DNA of 64,000 nt from Zygnema circumcarinatum SAG 698-1b (Eukaryota > Plantae > Zygnematophyceae). Both the position numbers and the translations under genes were made by a program. The number at the start of each line of letters is the position of its first letter. Position 1 is the stretch's first letter. Location: positions 2,046,001-2,110,000 of the forward strand of contig CM074814.1 of assembly GCA_037447605.1 (NCBI GenBank), given 5' to 3'. Shown one piece after another: positions 34,901 through 47,505 of this stretch. The notes below the pieces were generated by a model. That model saw nothing but the letters and a program-made list of their open reading frames with translations, was not told where the DNA came from and ran no database searches.

Positions 34901-37443
34901 TTGTATTCTTCAAACATTTAAAAAATGGCGCTGTGTGTTCAACGCAATGAGTTGATGTCAGCTGTGTGTTCATGGACTTACTTGTTGCAGGAGACCCACG
35001 TGGCCCTTGGATTTGAGCTTCCTGGTGGCTGGCGAAATGAAAAAGACTCCCTCGCTGCACTTGTGCTGCAGGTCTGTTTCTTGTTGGCCTCATGCTGTTA
35101 CTTTACAGGTGTGTCAGACATGCAGTGATTGGATGGCATTGAGTTATATAGTGCAGTCATCCACTTAGAGCGGCAGTGATTGCTTGATTACGAAGGCTTC
35201 GATTCACTTTCTCCTCCTGTTACTGACATAGAGAGTTATCCAAGGCAGCGCTATGTGCTTGTAGAATTTCTCCAAACCATGCTCTCCTTACTGTTGGCCG
35301 GGTAAGAGGAATCCGCTAGCATTTCGGGTGCCGTTTATGTCCATTCTCTCTTATAAAATCGTCTGTAAGTTGGTATAATGTGTGGTATATCGTGTATGAA
35401 GCTGCTATGGACTAAAGCTCTGAATTCGTTCGACTGTCCTTGTGAATGCAGGTATTGATGGGAGGTGGCGGTTCATTCTCTGCTGGTGGGCCTGGGAAGG
35501 GCATGTATTCTCGCCTATGTAAGCATTGGAATCTTCATCCTACATGAGATTTTACGATTTCAGCATGATCCCATGTAGTTGCTGAGGGATGTGTTTTGGA
35601 GTTGACGGTGTAGCTCGAATGTATCTTGCTTGTTTGAACCTCCAGCAGGGGGTGTAAGCTTGGAAACTTGGAACGCTTGTTAGTTAGGGATGTGCATAGG
35701 ATTGTTTGTAATTGGTAGTGTGAACACAACGTCGCTAACTGACGGGACTTTGGTATACTCTCTTTGTAGATACCAATGTGCTGAGCAAACACTCTGAGGT
35801 CCTCTCTTGCACATTCTTCAACAGCATATACAACGATACTGGTTTGATCGGCGTCTATGCTACTTCGGTACGCTCACATCTCACTTATGCAAGACTCATC
35901 GGATTAAGTGGCTGACTCTTTTTGTCCATTATCCCGGCTTCGTGTGAAAGCGAAATATTTGGAGCTTGTCTTTTTCCGGATATGAGGGACAATGGATCAG
36001 GGTACTTGACACATGGTGGACTGTAGGATGCAAACAAGTTATTGTTAAGCTTGTGGCATGATATGTGCATTGCTGAAGACGAGGGGTTGCATTATGCACA
36101 ACAGTTTTTTTACGTTTGGTTCGTTTGTGTGCCAGATAGAATGAAATGGGTCCCCTTGCTGAGGTACATTGTCCCATTGGTCTGTGGCTAAAAATGCAGA
36201 AGTCTGATTCTCACGTGGTTGAAGGACTCGTGAACCTTCTCACCAAGGAGCTCATTGATGTGGCCACTCCAGGAAAAGGTGAGCCGCATTTGTATCTAAA
36301 ACTTGGGCAAGCGGAGGCTATTTGTACACGTGACGATTTGTGGACAGTTTCCGATGGATGTTTTGATATGGTTTACAGTGAGCGAACTCTGGGTTTGGTT
36401 CTGGAACTTAGAAGCGGTCAAAGTAAAGCATATTCTATTCAATATTAGTCACGGATTTGTTTGTAACTCAATGAATCTTAGCCCTGAATGAGAGCATTGG
36501 GAAAGCTGGCCCATCCTAGTGGATGAAAGACTGTACCATGTTTCTGGTCGATTATAGAGATTCCAGAAGGAAGACGTGACATTGACTTGGCTGTGTCTTA
36601 CAGTGTCAACTACTGAGCTTGAAAGGGCAAAGAAGGCGACTATTGCAAGTGTGTTGATGAACTTGGAGTCTCGGGTGAGTGCAGCTGCTATTCCATAGTC
36701 CCTGTCAATTTTCCTCTCTAGCTGTCCCGGTGGCACATTTCGTATTGCTATTTAAAGGAAAGGAGGAGAGTCTTAGGGCTTCAACCTGACGCATATACTT
36801 AGTTAGAAACCCCATGTTCTACAGACGTAGCGTTAGTTGACGGGCGAGAATTGATGGGTCCGGAGTGTGTCAATGTGCAGGTTGTGGTGGCAGAGGATAT
36901 CGGACGACAGATCTTGACTTATGGCCATAGGTGAGCATTGAAGCGAGGTTGTAATAGAAGATGGAAAACTTGAACTTGAAACATGTGGCTGTCTTGCACA
37001 GTATTAATGGGGAGGTATGCTCTGGGGTGGTAAGTTATTGATTTGTAACTGCTGTGCTTGAACAGAAAACCACCCCAGGAGTTCATCGCAGGCGTTGAAG
37101 CTCTGACGATTGCCGACATAGTTGCTATCGCTCAGAAAGTGATGAAGACACCTCTCTCCATGGCTTCTTATGGCAATGGTAAGTATCTCAGTCTCAGTCC
37201 CAGTCCAGTCTCTGTTCAGTTGAACAATTTATCATCTCTACTGAAGCCTTTCCCACCCATAGCTGATTGGCTTGTGTCTAAGAGGCGCTTCCTGATGAGA
37301 CATGCTACCCTAGGACGTATGCTACATGTCGCGAATGCTGCAGATGCAGGAGCAAGTGAAGGTGCCTTTCTCACTCCACATAGCTCCTCTGTGCAGTTCT
37401 CCATGTGCCGCGATTGGAGGCTGTGGCTGCAAGATTCGGATAG
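31930..37443 (+). CDS. MPPA: Mitochondrial processing peptidase alpha subunit (M16 family), ~13 exons
   Basis: Presequence [12 protein letters not shown]. Motifs [26 protein letters not shown]...[16 protein letters not shown], the glycine loop [39 protein letters not shown] and [12 protein letters not shown]. Confidence 0.95.
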
Positions 37444-39800
37444 AACAGTCAGAGGACCCTCAACCGCACGCACGCACGCAGTAAGGCACTTGGGACTCGA
37501 GGAGCATCTTTATTCCTATGATGTATAGTCAGAGCTGGGCAGGTTCTGGTGCAGAGGCAGGGCCCTTCTCTTAAGGGATTGGGCAGGGATTTTTTTTTTC
37601 CAAGGAGGGAGAGAGAGAGATAGGGACAGGAAACGAGGGAGAGGATGTAGCAGAGGGTCGGAATGGCTGGAATTGCCGCCATCGGTCACGATGGGGTGCA
37701 GCTGATGGCAGCAATAAGCTGGGTCATAGGTCCAATGGATGAGGTTTCGCCTCAGGTGCTGCAAAGCGACCTTTGTATTCGGCTTCGTCTTTATGAAAGG
37801 AATCGGCCAAAAGAATCGCCTTATCGATCCTTGTTGTGGGTTGCTGCCTGCATGCAGTTGGTGGGGGAGGATAGGGACTATGAACTGCAGCACTTTACGA
37901 GGGCTTGCTTGAGGTTTTACGAACTGCGCACTTCCCCATTCCCTACGAACACCTAAAGCTACGATCATGTTTGAGAACGGCGTCTCATTGTGTAAGAGGA
38001 TGGAGGTGGTAATTCTCTGTAGGCAAAGGAAGCGCATGGAATGAAAAAGAGTGACATATCCAATGCATCGTATAAAACTCATGCCCTGAAGATAAATCGA
38101 ACAGTGCGTGTAAACCATACGGTACATTAAAAACCTTAAAAAAAAAAAACTGACGGTGATAGAAATTTTGTACTGTACTGTAGCCGTTGTTTAATGGGAA
38201 AGGCTGGCCGGTACTGGATGACTCGATATACCCAGATATCTTTCGATATATCCCGATACGAAGATGATCCTGAAACGCGCCCTTTCTGTACCCAGTTGCT
38301 CCTACCACGAGAGAAGCTCGTCGCCAGCCGGTCTGCAGCCTCTCTCTAAAGGAGCGGAGTGGGAGAGAGGGAAACGAGAGGGCGATTTGCATCAGGAGGG
38401 AGCGGAGCATACGAGGTCTACACTTGTGGTGAGTAAATTTGAAGCTGATAGATGGGAAAAGACGGGGGGAAAGGCGCGGGATGGGGAAATTAGGGTTCCG
38501 AAGCGTAATGCAGATGAACAGGGAACTGCGCGAAGAGAGAGTGGTGAGTGAAAGGGGAGAAATGAGAATGAGAAGGCGAGAGAAGTTTGAAGTTGAAAGA
38601 GAAGGGCAAGGTGCAGGATGAGCGCAGAGGGATACAGAACTAGAGATCGAGAGCTGCGGGTACGAATGGGTTTCAGCAATCAGGGTGCAGCATGCAGTCT
38701 ACTGGGGGTAGGGAGGCGGGGGGAGGATTTAAGGGAGGAAAGAGTGGATAAGTGGGCGAGAGGGGAAAGCGAGGGTGGGAGGAGGAGGAGGGAAAAGGAG
38801 GGACTGGGAATTGGAATTGGCAAGCAGCCCATGGTGAGGGAGAGGGAATGGAGAGAGTGGGGGTTTGGCTGGTTCGAGGGAGCAGGAGAATGTGGACAGG
38901 GAGAAGGACCGGGAAGGGAGTAGGTGAGAGGAGGGTGAGAATGGGAACCGCACTGAAGGGTGTCGGGGAAGGGAGAGAGACCTGGCGGTGTGGGCAAGGG
39001 GAAGCTTGGAGCGGGAGGCGTGGTGAAGAGGGAGGGACGAAGCTATTGAGGTTCAGCATTAGGGTTCAAATTTTGTGGCCAGAGAGAGAGAGTGGATCTG
39101 AGAGAGTCACTGGCCTAGAGAGAGGAAAAAGAGAGAGGAGCTTTTCAGAATTCTATCGCCGTTTCCGTTCCCTAAGAGGCCTTGCCACTATCGTTTTCCT
39201 GCTGATTTTTTTGCAGAATATTCTATCACTGTAGGCTTGTCGATACTCGACCTATCATTTTTTAGCATCTGCATTTGCCAGCACGCTGGAGCTCAGAGCC
39301 GTTTCAGCCCCTCGAGCCCCTCGGTATATTACTGACTCCTCAGAGCTGACTTCTCGTGCAATATTTTTGACGAATCTTCAGTTTTTGTGATGCCAAGAAT
39401 GCTTTAGCAACTGTGGGACTAATATGTATTGTTGAAGGTGAAATGAAAATTTTAGCATTTGTGAAGTTTGAAAGCTTGCCAATGCGGCATGCATCTGGTT
39501 TGTTGACAGGCCCTTGAATGTCATCAGGGCAAAACGAGAGAAATGCTAAAGACGATGATGCTCCTTTGCAGACTACAGACAGGGTTCATAGCTTTGGATT
39601 ATTTCTGATAGACTATTTTCCAACTGATGTGCTTCAGACAAGTCCTGTAGTTCATTTTCGGTGTTCAGATTTCCTTTTTCTATTTTGCACAACTTACGAA
39701 CTTAACTTTGTGCGCGTGTATCTATGCAGTTCTATCATGTTATCCTGAAGTTGTTTATTTGGTAAAATGAAGTGGTGGTGTGCAGCAAAATTTTTCACCC

Positions 39801-40895
39801 ATGAGTACCTTAACTCCTGTCTTTATCAATGTGTACGACCTGACGGAATATAATGACTACCTCTACTGGATTGGTTTGGGAATTTTCCACTCAGGCATTG
39901 AAGGTACGGTTCTGACATGCACCTTCAGGGTTTGAAAGTTTGTTTGGGTCCCATAGCCATAAAGAACATAAGCTGCTGAACTCTTCTTTAGCAAAAGCTC
40001 TGCATCTTGACCACATTAGCGCAAAAGGCAGTTCAGCATGTGTAGAAAGAGACTCTCCAGGGACAATCAGAACGTTTTTTGAAGTTAGTGAGCAGACAAG
40101 TAGAAAAGGAATGCGTCCGAATGTGTTACTCTTATCCTGTAGTTTTTAGAGGATGATATATTGGCTTTGCCTGCAGTTTTTGGAGTGGAATATGCTTTTG
40201 GGGCCCATGACTACCCATCCAGTGGGGTGTTCCAAGTAGAGCCTCGCAATACCCCGGGGTTTAAGTACAGAACAACGATTCAAATAGGGACAACTTCTCT
40301 CAACTCGCGGGAGGTGAAGAGGTTCATTGAAGATGCCTCCAACGAATACAACGGTGACACGTATCAGCTCATTATCAAGAACTGCAACCACTTCACCAAT
40401 GACATGGCAATGCGGCTCGTGGGAAAGGAGATTCCGGGATACATCAACAGATTAGCGAGACTAGGATGGTTTTTTAATTGTCTGCTGCCGGAAGGTCTGC
40501 GAGTAGATGCGGTCAAGTCTACACCGGAGTATCACACATTTGAAGGTGAGGGGTGGCTGATATTGTTGACTTTTGTCGCCACATTGAACACAAGATGGCT
40601 TTATTTTCGAACTTCTGCCAGTCCGCTCGTTCATAACGCTCCCTTACATGCTTTTGGAGGTTCTTGGATTATAATGGGCGATTGTTAGGCAAGAAGTGTA
40701 GTACTACCCACGAAATGCCGCTACTTGCATGTCTAATACTCCACTTGGGATGTGTTCTGTGAAGCAGATGGCGATGCGAATGAGTTGCGGTCTGACCAGG
40801 ACGATGTGAGGCTATTGGGAGCTCACTCGCCAAGCAGCGAAAGATGGGATGCATCCAAACGGCAATCGACTTCAAGCTCAACGCAGGGGTTCTGA
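39801..40895 (+). CDS. DeSI/PPPDE deSUMOylating/deubiquitinating peptidase, 3 exons (39801-39903, ~40177-40546, ~40760-40895)
   Basis: VFINVYDL...GIFHSGIE|VFGVEYAFG...YQLIIKNCNHF, with catalytic His and Cys motifs present. Confidence 0.93.
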
Positions 40896-41007
40896 TTGGA
40901 TGTGGCTGTGGCTGCACAGCTGAGAAGAGAGAGACACGTAGGTTTGCAGCGCACTTTTCAATAACAAGCTGTACAGCAATTTAGTTATTGGCAGTAGACT
41001 CAGGTTA

Positions 41008-42041
41008 TCTATTCTAACACGAGGATTTCTTTAAATTGAGGGCGACAAAGTGATGAAATGAGTTGTAGGAGTAGAGAAAGTTGGAGTAGGTTTTTGTACG
41101 CCCCAATTGGGGAAGCGCTGTAAGGTCTAGATTATGGATCTGGACGGTACGATTAGGGTTAGACTTAGGGTTGCACCTGTAAACGGAGAGAGGCTACATA
41201 TGGATCGCCTCAGTACTGGAGGTAGCGGATGGGAGGGATTCAGGTGGGCCACTCTCTCTTCCCTCTGCCTCCCTCAAGATAGGAAAACTAAGCTTGCTGA
41301 AAACGAATTTTGGCTCTCTGTTGAATATGTTGTCTTATTGCTTTGGAATATTCAGCTCGTGGTTTCAAATAATTGTGAGCAATGTATGGAAGAGGTGCCT
41401 GTCTGATGCAGGTGCTGGGTTGTGCTGTGGGGGCGGCAGGTTTTGCAGCTAAGTCCAACGGATGTGTGGAGGCCCGTTTAGGAGCTCTTAGGGCGGTTTA
41501 GGGGGTTTCCATTTGTGCGGGAGGCGATGGAGACATTTATCGAAATGATATATTTCCACAATTGGCCTCCCTCCCCTGCAAATGTCCCCCTCCTTATCAT
41601 CTGTCATGATGGGCGGCCCTCTTTTCGATCATTTTTGTTTGTTGAAGATGGTACTATCCAATTGCATTCAAAGCACAATACGCAATGGAACATGAAACAT
41701 GGAACAGGAACATGGGATATGAACATGGAACATGGAAAGTGGAACATGAGCATGAACATGGAACATGGAACATGGGATATGAACATGCGCTCTGCAAACA
41801 TTTGGACATGTGCGAAGCTCCCATGTTGTGCAAACAATGTTGGGGGAAAAGCACACCCCCAAGGGCTTCAGAGTTGCCTAATCAGAAGCCGTACCCTTTG
41901 CGCAAACGTCTTCGCACAAAACCGTTCGCAATGCCAGGACGCTGTACTCGTTCTACGAAACTAGAGCGCCCACACTTGCCAAAGGGAGCAGCGAGCGAAG
42001 CGAGTGCATAGCCCCGCACGTACCGTCGGGTACTCGACTAC
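41008..42041 (+). mobile_element. ~1.03-kb non-autonomous Helitron (degenerate 3' CTAC)
   Basis: 5' A|TCTATTCTAAC. The 3' end has gcgagcgaagcgag (41991), the hairpin cccg(c)acg-tac-cgtcggg (42013-42030) and CTAC|T (42038-42042). An internal GGAACAT minisatellite lies at 41685-41787. Confidence 0.55.
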
Positions 42042-43245
42042 TCGCCAGTCGCCACGCATCGTCAAATAAGGGGAAAAAAGGGAATAAAGGAATACAAGAT
42101 TTTAGGGTTTTTTTTTTTTGGTACTCAGTAGCCGGCGGCCGGTATGATCTGTGCATAACGGTTGTACAATTGACCCATGCTCGTACAGAATGGGGACGGC
42201 CACGGCTCGAAGGGAGGGAGGCCCACATGGAACGACCCTCATGGAACGACCCTCATGGAACGACCCTCGCAAGAGGAAGAGCGAAAAGCGGCCATAGAGG
42301 GAGGGAGGGCGGGCCTGCAAGTGGGCCTGCAAGCGCAGGAATGGTCACGATGCGCAACCCAAGCATATTCTTCAAACAAATAACACACACCATATACTTT
42401 AAGGTATAAGTTTTGTCTAACTGTCTAACATTCTATCGATGGGGTTTCAGTGAACATTGATTCACTCATTATGAAGATATACGCTTTAACAAGTACTCTT
42501 GTACAAGACACGCCTGTCAAACGTGGCGGACATGCAACGACCTCTATTGCGCACTATACAACGCCCGTGCATAAAGCCACCGCCTGACGCCTGCGAGGGA
42601 GAAAGGGCGAGCGGGCCCAAGGAGGGGGCCACGTGGCGGGCGGCGGGTGGGCGGGCGGGCGTGCCCGTGCCGAGCAGGGGCAGTACAGTACAGTACAGTA
42701 CGATCGGTCGGAATGGAATTTGTACGGAATATGAATTGCGCGCGCTTTTTTGGAGAGTTTGGTTTAAAAATTTTCGGAGAGGGAGGGAAGGGGAGGCGCT
42801 GGCGCTGCCTGCACTGCGCTTTGGCTGCCCTTCTTTGGATGGGATATGCAGGTGGAATGCTGGAATTGCAGCATTAGATAGTGAGGGATGATGGCAAGGA
42901 GGAGGCGATTGAAGGAAGGGCTTGCAGTTGAGGCGGTCGTGGCAGCTCTGGCCGATGCTGGAAAGCCCTTGTGATTGGCAAGCCGGAAAAGGGAGTTTTC
43001 TGATGTACAAGGATTGATGGTTTCAGATAGAGGTTATGCAACGCGTAGGAAGGCAGGAAAGAGCATATCGAAAGAGAATGGGCTGAATTAAGAGTGGTTT
43101 TGATAGGTTGTAGCTTTATTAGTGGCCGTTGTGAAGAATAGAACAAAGGATTTGCGATCGGGGCAGGTCTTGGTCGTCAGCCAGGGTGAAATTTTGAAAG
43201 AGTTGCAGAGACTGTAGATACCTTTCCCTTTCCTACCAGGCGTTC

Positions 43246-46200
43246 ATGGGTCCACCTGGATGCTGTATTTGCTTCGAAGACTTCTCAAGTGATGAAAATC
43301 TTCAAGGAATCGGCAGCTGTGGACACGTCTTCCACACACACTGGTGAGCTTATAGAAAAGGCGTCACAAAGGTGCAGCTCGAGAAAACGCCACAAGTGCA
43401 GAGTCACTCGCTCATAGGACTTCCGTAAACTTGGAGACATAAGTTTTCGTTATTGATTTTTTTGTGGTGAACTTGCATTAAATGTGCAGCTTGCAGCAGT
43501 GGCTCGAGACATCCAACCACAGGCGGTGTCCCTTGTGCAGAGTCAACTGCTCGAAGGTTTACAACGTCTTCCTTACATCAGTTGGAGCACAAGACAGTCC
43601 CCCAAACAGCCCTACTAAAGCCAAAAGTAGTTCTCGGTCGACTGAGGCAGTAAGACATCTCTTTCAAATTACGTCTTCCATCTATTGCCTGTCAACTTTA
43701 ACTAGCTGGAAGTTCTCATACATGGTATAAACTGCCATCAGCAACTTTTAGATTACAGTCTGACTCACACTGCTGTATGGTTGTTCAGGATCAAGACATT
43801 GAGACTAAAAAATTGATCGATAAAGGGAAATTTATAAAATCGCTCCAGCGACTGTGTGAGGAAAAGGATGGACAGGTGCGCTTCCAGTAGTTCTAAGTTC
43901 TGTTTTCAAGTTTTGAGTCAAAATTCCATTTTTACTCAACGTGTCAGCAATTGTGCACGCAATTGGCCATCTTCGTTTCACCGTTCCTCGCGGCCTATGA
44001 CTCATTGTTTGACATCCCATGTTTGCAGATTAAGCTGTTGCAGAATACCCTGGAGGCTGCTGAAGCAGCAAAGTCTGATGCTATTGATGCAAAGACTTGC
44101 CTCCAGCAGCAGGTTGACACTGAAAGAAAGCGTCAGCAGGCCCTTGTCACAGGACTACAGAAAGTAAACACTCTCAGATAAACCTTTCTTTATGTGGAAA
44201 TGCTGATTATGTACATATCTTACCTTGCACTTCCAAAAACATTCAAGTACTCACTCTGACAATCGTTTGGTTCGTGCAGGAACTGAATGAAGCAATTGCT
44301 AAGGGGAAAGCCCTGAATGAGAGGAACTCCGATCTTGAGAAGATTGTCGCCGACTGTAAAATGTGACTCGTTAACACAATGTGCATGTCTCTTGTGTTTG
44401 AACATAAGCAGCAGGATAATACGTACAGAAACAAAATTTGTCAGTTGAATCCATGATGAAGGATTCGAGTGCTTCAGTGCTGGCGCGCGAATTTTCTCAT
44501 GTTTCCCTCGTAATCAATGCTGCTGAAAGCAGTCACCAAGAGAATATTCTAATTTCGGCCTTGTTCCTGTGATGTATCGCTTCACAGGAGGACATTTGTA
44601 AATATTGATAAAGCAGAACTAAATCGGCATGTGCAGCTGGCACTCAAACACAGCCATACAGAGGACGTTATCTGTTCCCTGCAACGCACTCTGCTGGAGA
44701 GAAACAGGTATATTGTCACTCTTTCAGAAGCTCCATCCATATTAGATGTTTTCTCAGATGTTTAAATCTCTGTGCATTCGCAAAACGCCATTGTGCCTAT
44801 TTCACTTGTTTACTGAAATGTGACTTAACGATGCCAGGATGTATACAGATCTTGTCAAGAAATGCTCCCAGCTCGGTTCCGCTCAGAGCATTGCTGCTAA
44901 GCGCAATGAAGTAGCTGCTGAAAGGATGAAGAAACTCAAGGTGAGATCTGCATTCCTTTGAGGTTATGCCATAGCACTGCACGTAATTGTCAATACTACG
45001 TCGGTGTATATTTATGAGTTATGACATGGATGTTCAAAATCTCGTCGACAAGAAGTCCTCGTTTGTTCTAAATATTTTCTAGTGAATGTGATAACATGAA
45101 TTAGGATGCGAAATAACCTCAAACTGGTTGAAGTTGAACATAGGAGAACCTTCACGGCAACTGCAAAAAGGAGGGAAATCTTGGCATCGTTGCAAGCATG
45201 TACAAATCGTCAAAATATCTTTTCATTGATAGTTGAACTGTGGCATCATGAGCTGCTGTGCGTGCAGATGCGAGTGGACATATTGGAAAGGGAGAATGCG
45301 AGATTATTGTCTTTCACTGCCTCCACCAATGTTGTTAAATCGTCTAAGGCAGAACCTCGGGCTATCCTGTCCTCTGCATTAGACCAACAGAGTGCCTCAA
45401 TCCCGGGGAAATTGAGGACGACATCGGGCCAAGGCATATCCAAACACACTCAAATAGAGCCGGTTCATTCTGCCAAATCATCTGTTAATTCTCTTAACCT
45501 GTTCACTATTATTGATGGCAGACATGAAACCTCAAAAAAAAGTGCAGCCAGTAACAAGCAAGCAGGCGGCTTTGAAGGCAGGGATGCACTCGTTCTTGCC
45601 ACCGATACTGAATTCTCTCCTATTGCTAGGAAGTTGCATACAGGATTGGTTTCTGAGTCAGCCGATAAAATGGAAATTGAGGGTGTGACTGACGACCTCT
45701 TAGCAGAGTTAGAGATCGAAATATGTTCCTTGAACGAAATGGGTGACAACGGAATGGCTCACCGGTCTATCGGATCTGAGGAAATCAGCCAACAGATTAG
45801 CCCGGGGAACAACAAGAACTTGTCAGAAAACTATGTCGCGGATTCTGCAGCTCCAACGTCGTTGTTGCCTTATGAGCAAGACGAAAGAGCTGATGTTGGG
45901 GAGAGCAGTCCCAGTAAAATGGGAGAAATGTATCCAGTTCTCTTTTCATCTGAGGACAGAACGGCTGGAAACGAAGATCATTCAGGTGGGGTAGAGAATC
46001 GTGCTCCCGGTTTAATATCAGACCCTATCATCATCAGAAAAGAGTATGGACTATCGGGAGCGAGCATTGGGCGAGGAGAAACGCAAAATTCAGGTGCGAA
46101 ACATGGCTTGCAACTCAAGGAACAGGAAAGAATGCTATTTGGACCGACTATGCACGTTGTCGAGGGCTTGAATAGCTAGCAATAAGCTGGATATGACCCT

Positions 46201-47026
46201 TAATGAAGGGCACCTCCTGTTTGTCTTTCCTAGTGAAAGTAGGACATATTGCAGCATCGTCATTGCGATATCATGAAGGAGAAAACTACATCCAAATATG
46301 CTACATTTGAGGCGTCAGTGCCAAATAACGGCAATATACAGAGTTTATGACCATACTGCATTGGAATGCTGTATTTGCTAGAAAGAGCCCGACTGGACGA
46401 GGCAAAAAAGAAACGATCCTGAATTTCTGCTTGCTTTTCAGTGTTGTTGCTTATGGAGATTTTTTCATTGAAGGTAGTGTGCGCAGGCCTGAGCGACGCC
46501 TTGGGGGATCATGGTTTACTGGGCTTTGGTGGGAAACCACTTTTTTCACCTTCCAGCGCCGATTCAGGAAGCTTCATCAGCTGTGGGCCGGATGGGAGAG
46601 GCGGCAAGAGAAAGTTCATTAAGGCAAGCCATTTGGTAAGAAGCACAGCACCAGAGAGTACTGAGTTTATGCTCTCCAATCAGCATTCATTCATCAAGTG
46701 CCGGTATAGCTTTTTGGGGTGGCTCAACTAAGGCCAACTCTAACAGTCAAGAGCACGAAGTAGAGCAAGTCTGTGAGGGAGTTTATGAAGTAAAGGGCCC
46801 TCCTACGGAACACATTTGGATATAGTGATGGACCGTTCAATGTAGTCATGTCTCTGTCAGATAAACTTCAATGAAGACTTCTAAATGGTGTGTACGCGTA
46901 CGAGGGATGCAGGGATACACACCTGCAACGGCTCCGAAGAGTCTTCAGAAGAGGCCATGCACAAATCTCGCCAGGAAAGACTCAGGGATGACCTCCATTA
47001 ACAGTTACTTCACAAGGGAGAGGTAG
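43246..47026 (+). CDS. TRAIP-like RING E3 ligase with coiled coil (Arabidopsis At4g01270-like), multi-exon
   Basis: CCICFEDFSSDENLQGIGSCGHVFHTHC|LQQW...CPLCR RING domain, coiled-coil exons, the conserved GPDGRGGK motif (46588) and a C-terminal SINSYF. Confidence 0.88.
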
Positions 47027-47505
47027 GCAAACAAGCACAAGGGACTCCTTGCCCTAAGAATGGGGCCCACCAAAACTATCTCGGTAGGTGAACGCATCAC
47101 TTCGAATAGGTGGAACTGCCGAATTGTCTAGATTAAAGCTTGACAATCATTTGTCTTCCCCAAAAATTATAACTTTCAGAAAGTGTCTTCCATTATTATT
47201 TTCCATAATTTTTTGAGCGTGATGCTTTTTTCGAGCACCCTGCGCTCAGCGAGATGCTACAGTATCCGAATTGATTCGTTGAGCATGTTGACTTTAGCAA
47301 TTTATCCTGACTTTATGAAGTTGGGGTTTTCTGTGTTCGAATTCCAAACTCGGGAAATCGATTGGCCCCATACAATATTGGGATGTAACATGGCACTCAG
47401 TCCACGCACGTCAGCAAGCACTTGCTTGATCTTGTCCTCCAGCCCCATCAGCAATCAACAGAGGAAGGCAATACCCTTCCAAAATTTCGTTTTTAGGAAC
47501 AATCT

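Noticed and set aside
45106-46179. 357-aa ORF as a complete gene
   Set aside because: It is an internal exon of the TRAIP-like gene plus intron read-through. The conserved GPDGRGG motif lies further downstream.
15122-47026. Functional DNA-repair cluster (TAG, BRCT, DeSI, TRAIP)
   Set aside because: The genes are interspersed with unrelated genes, and chance co-location is adequate without synteny data.
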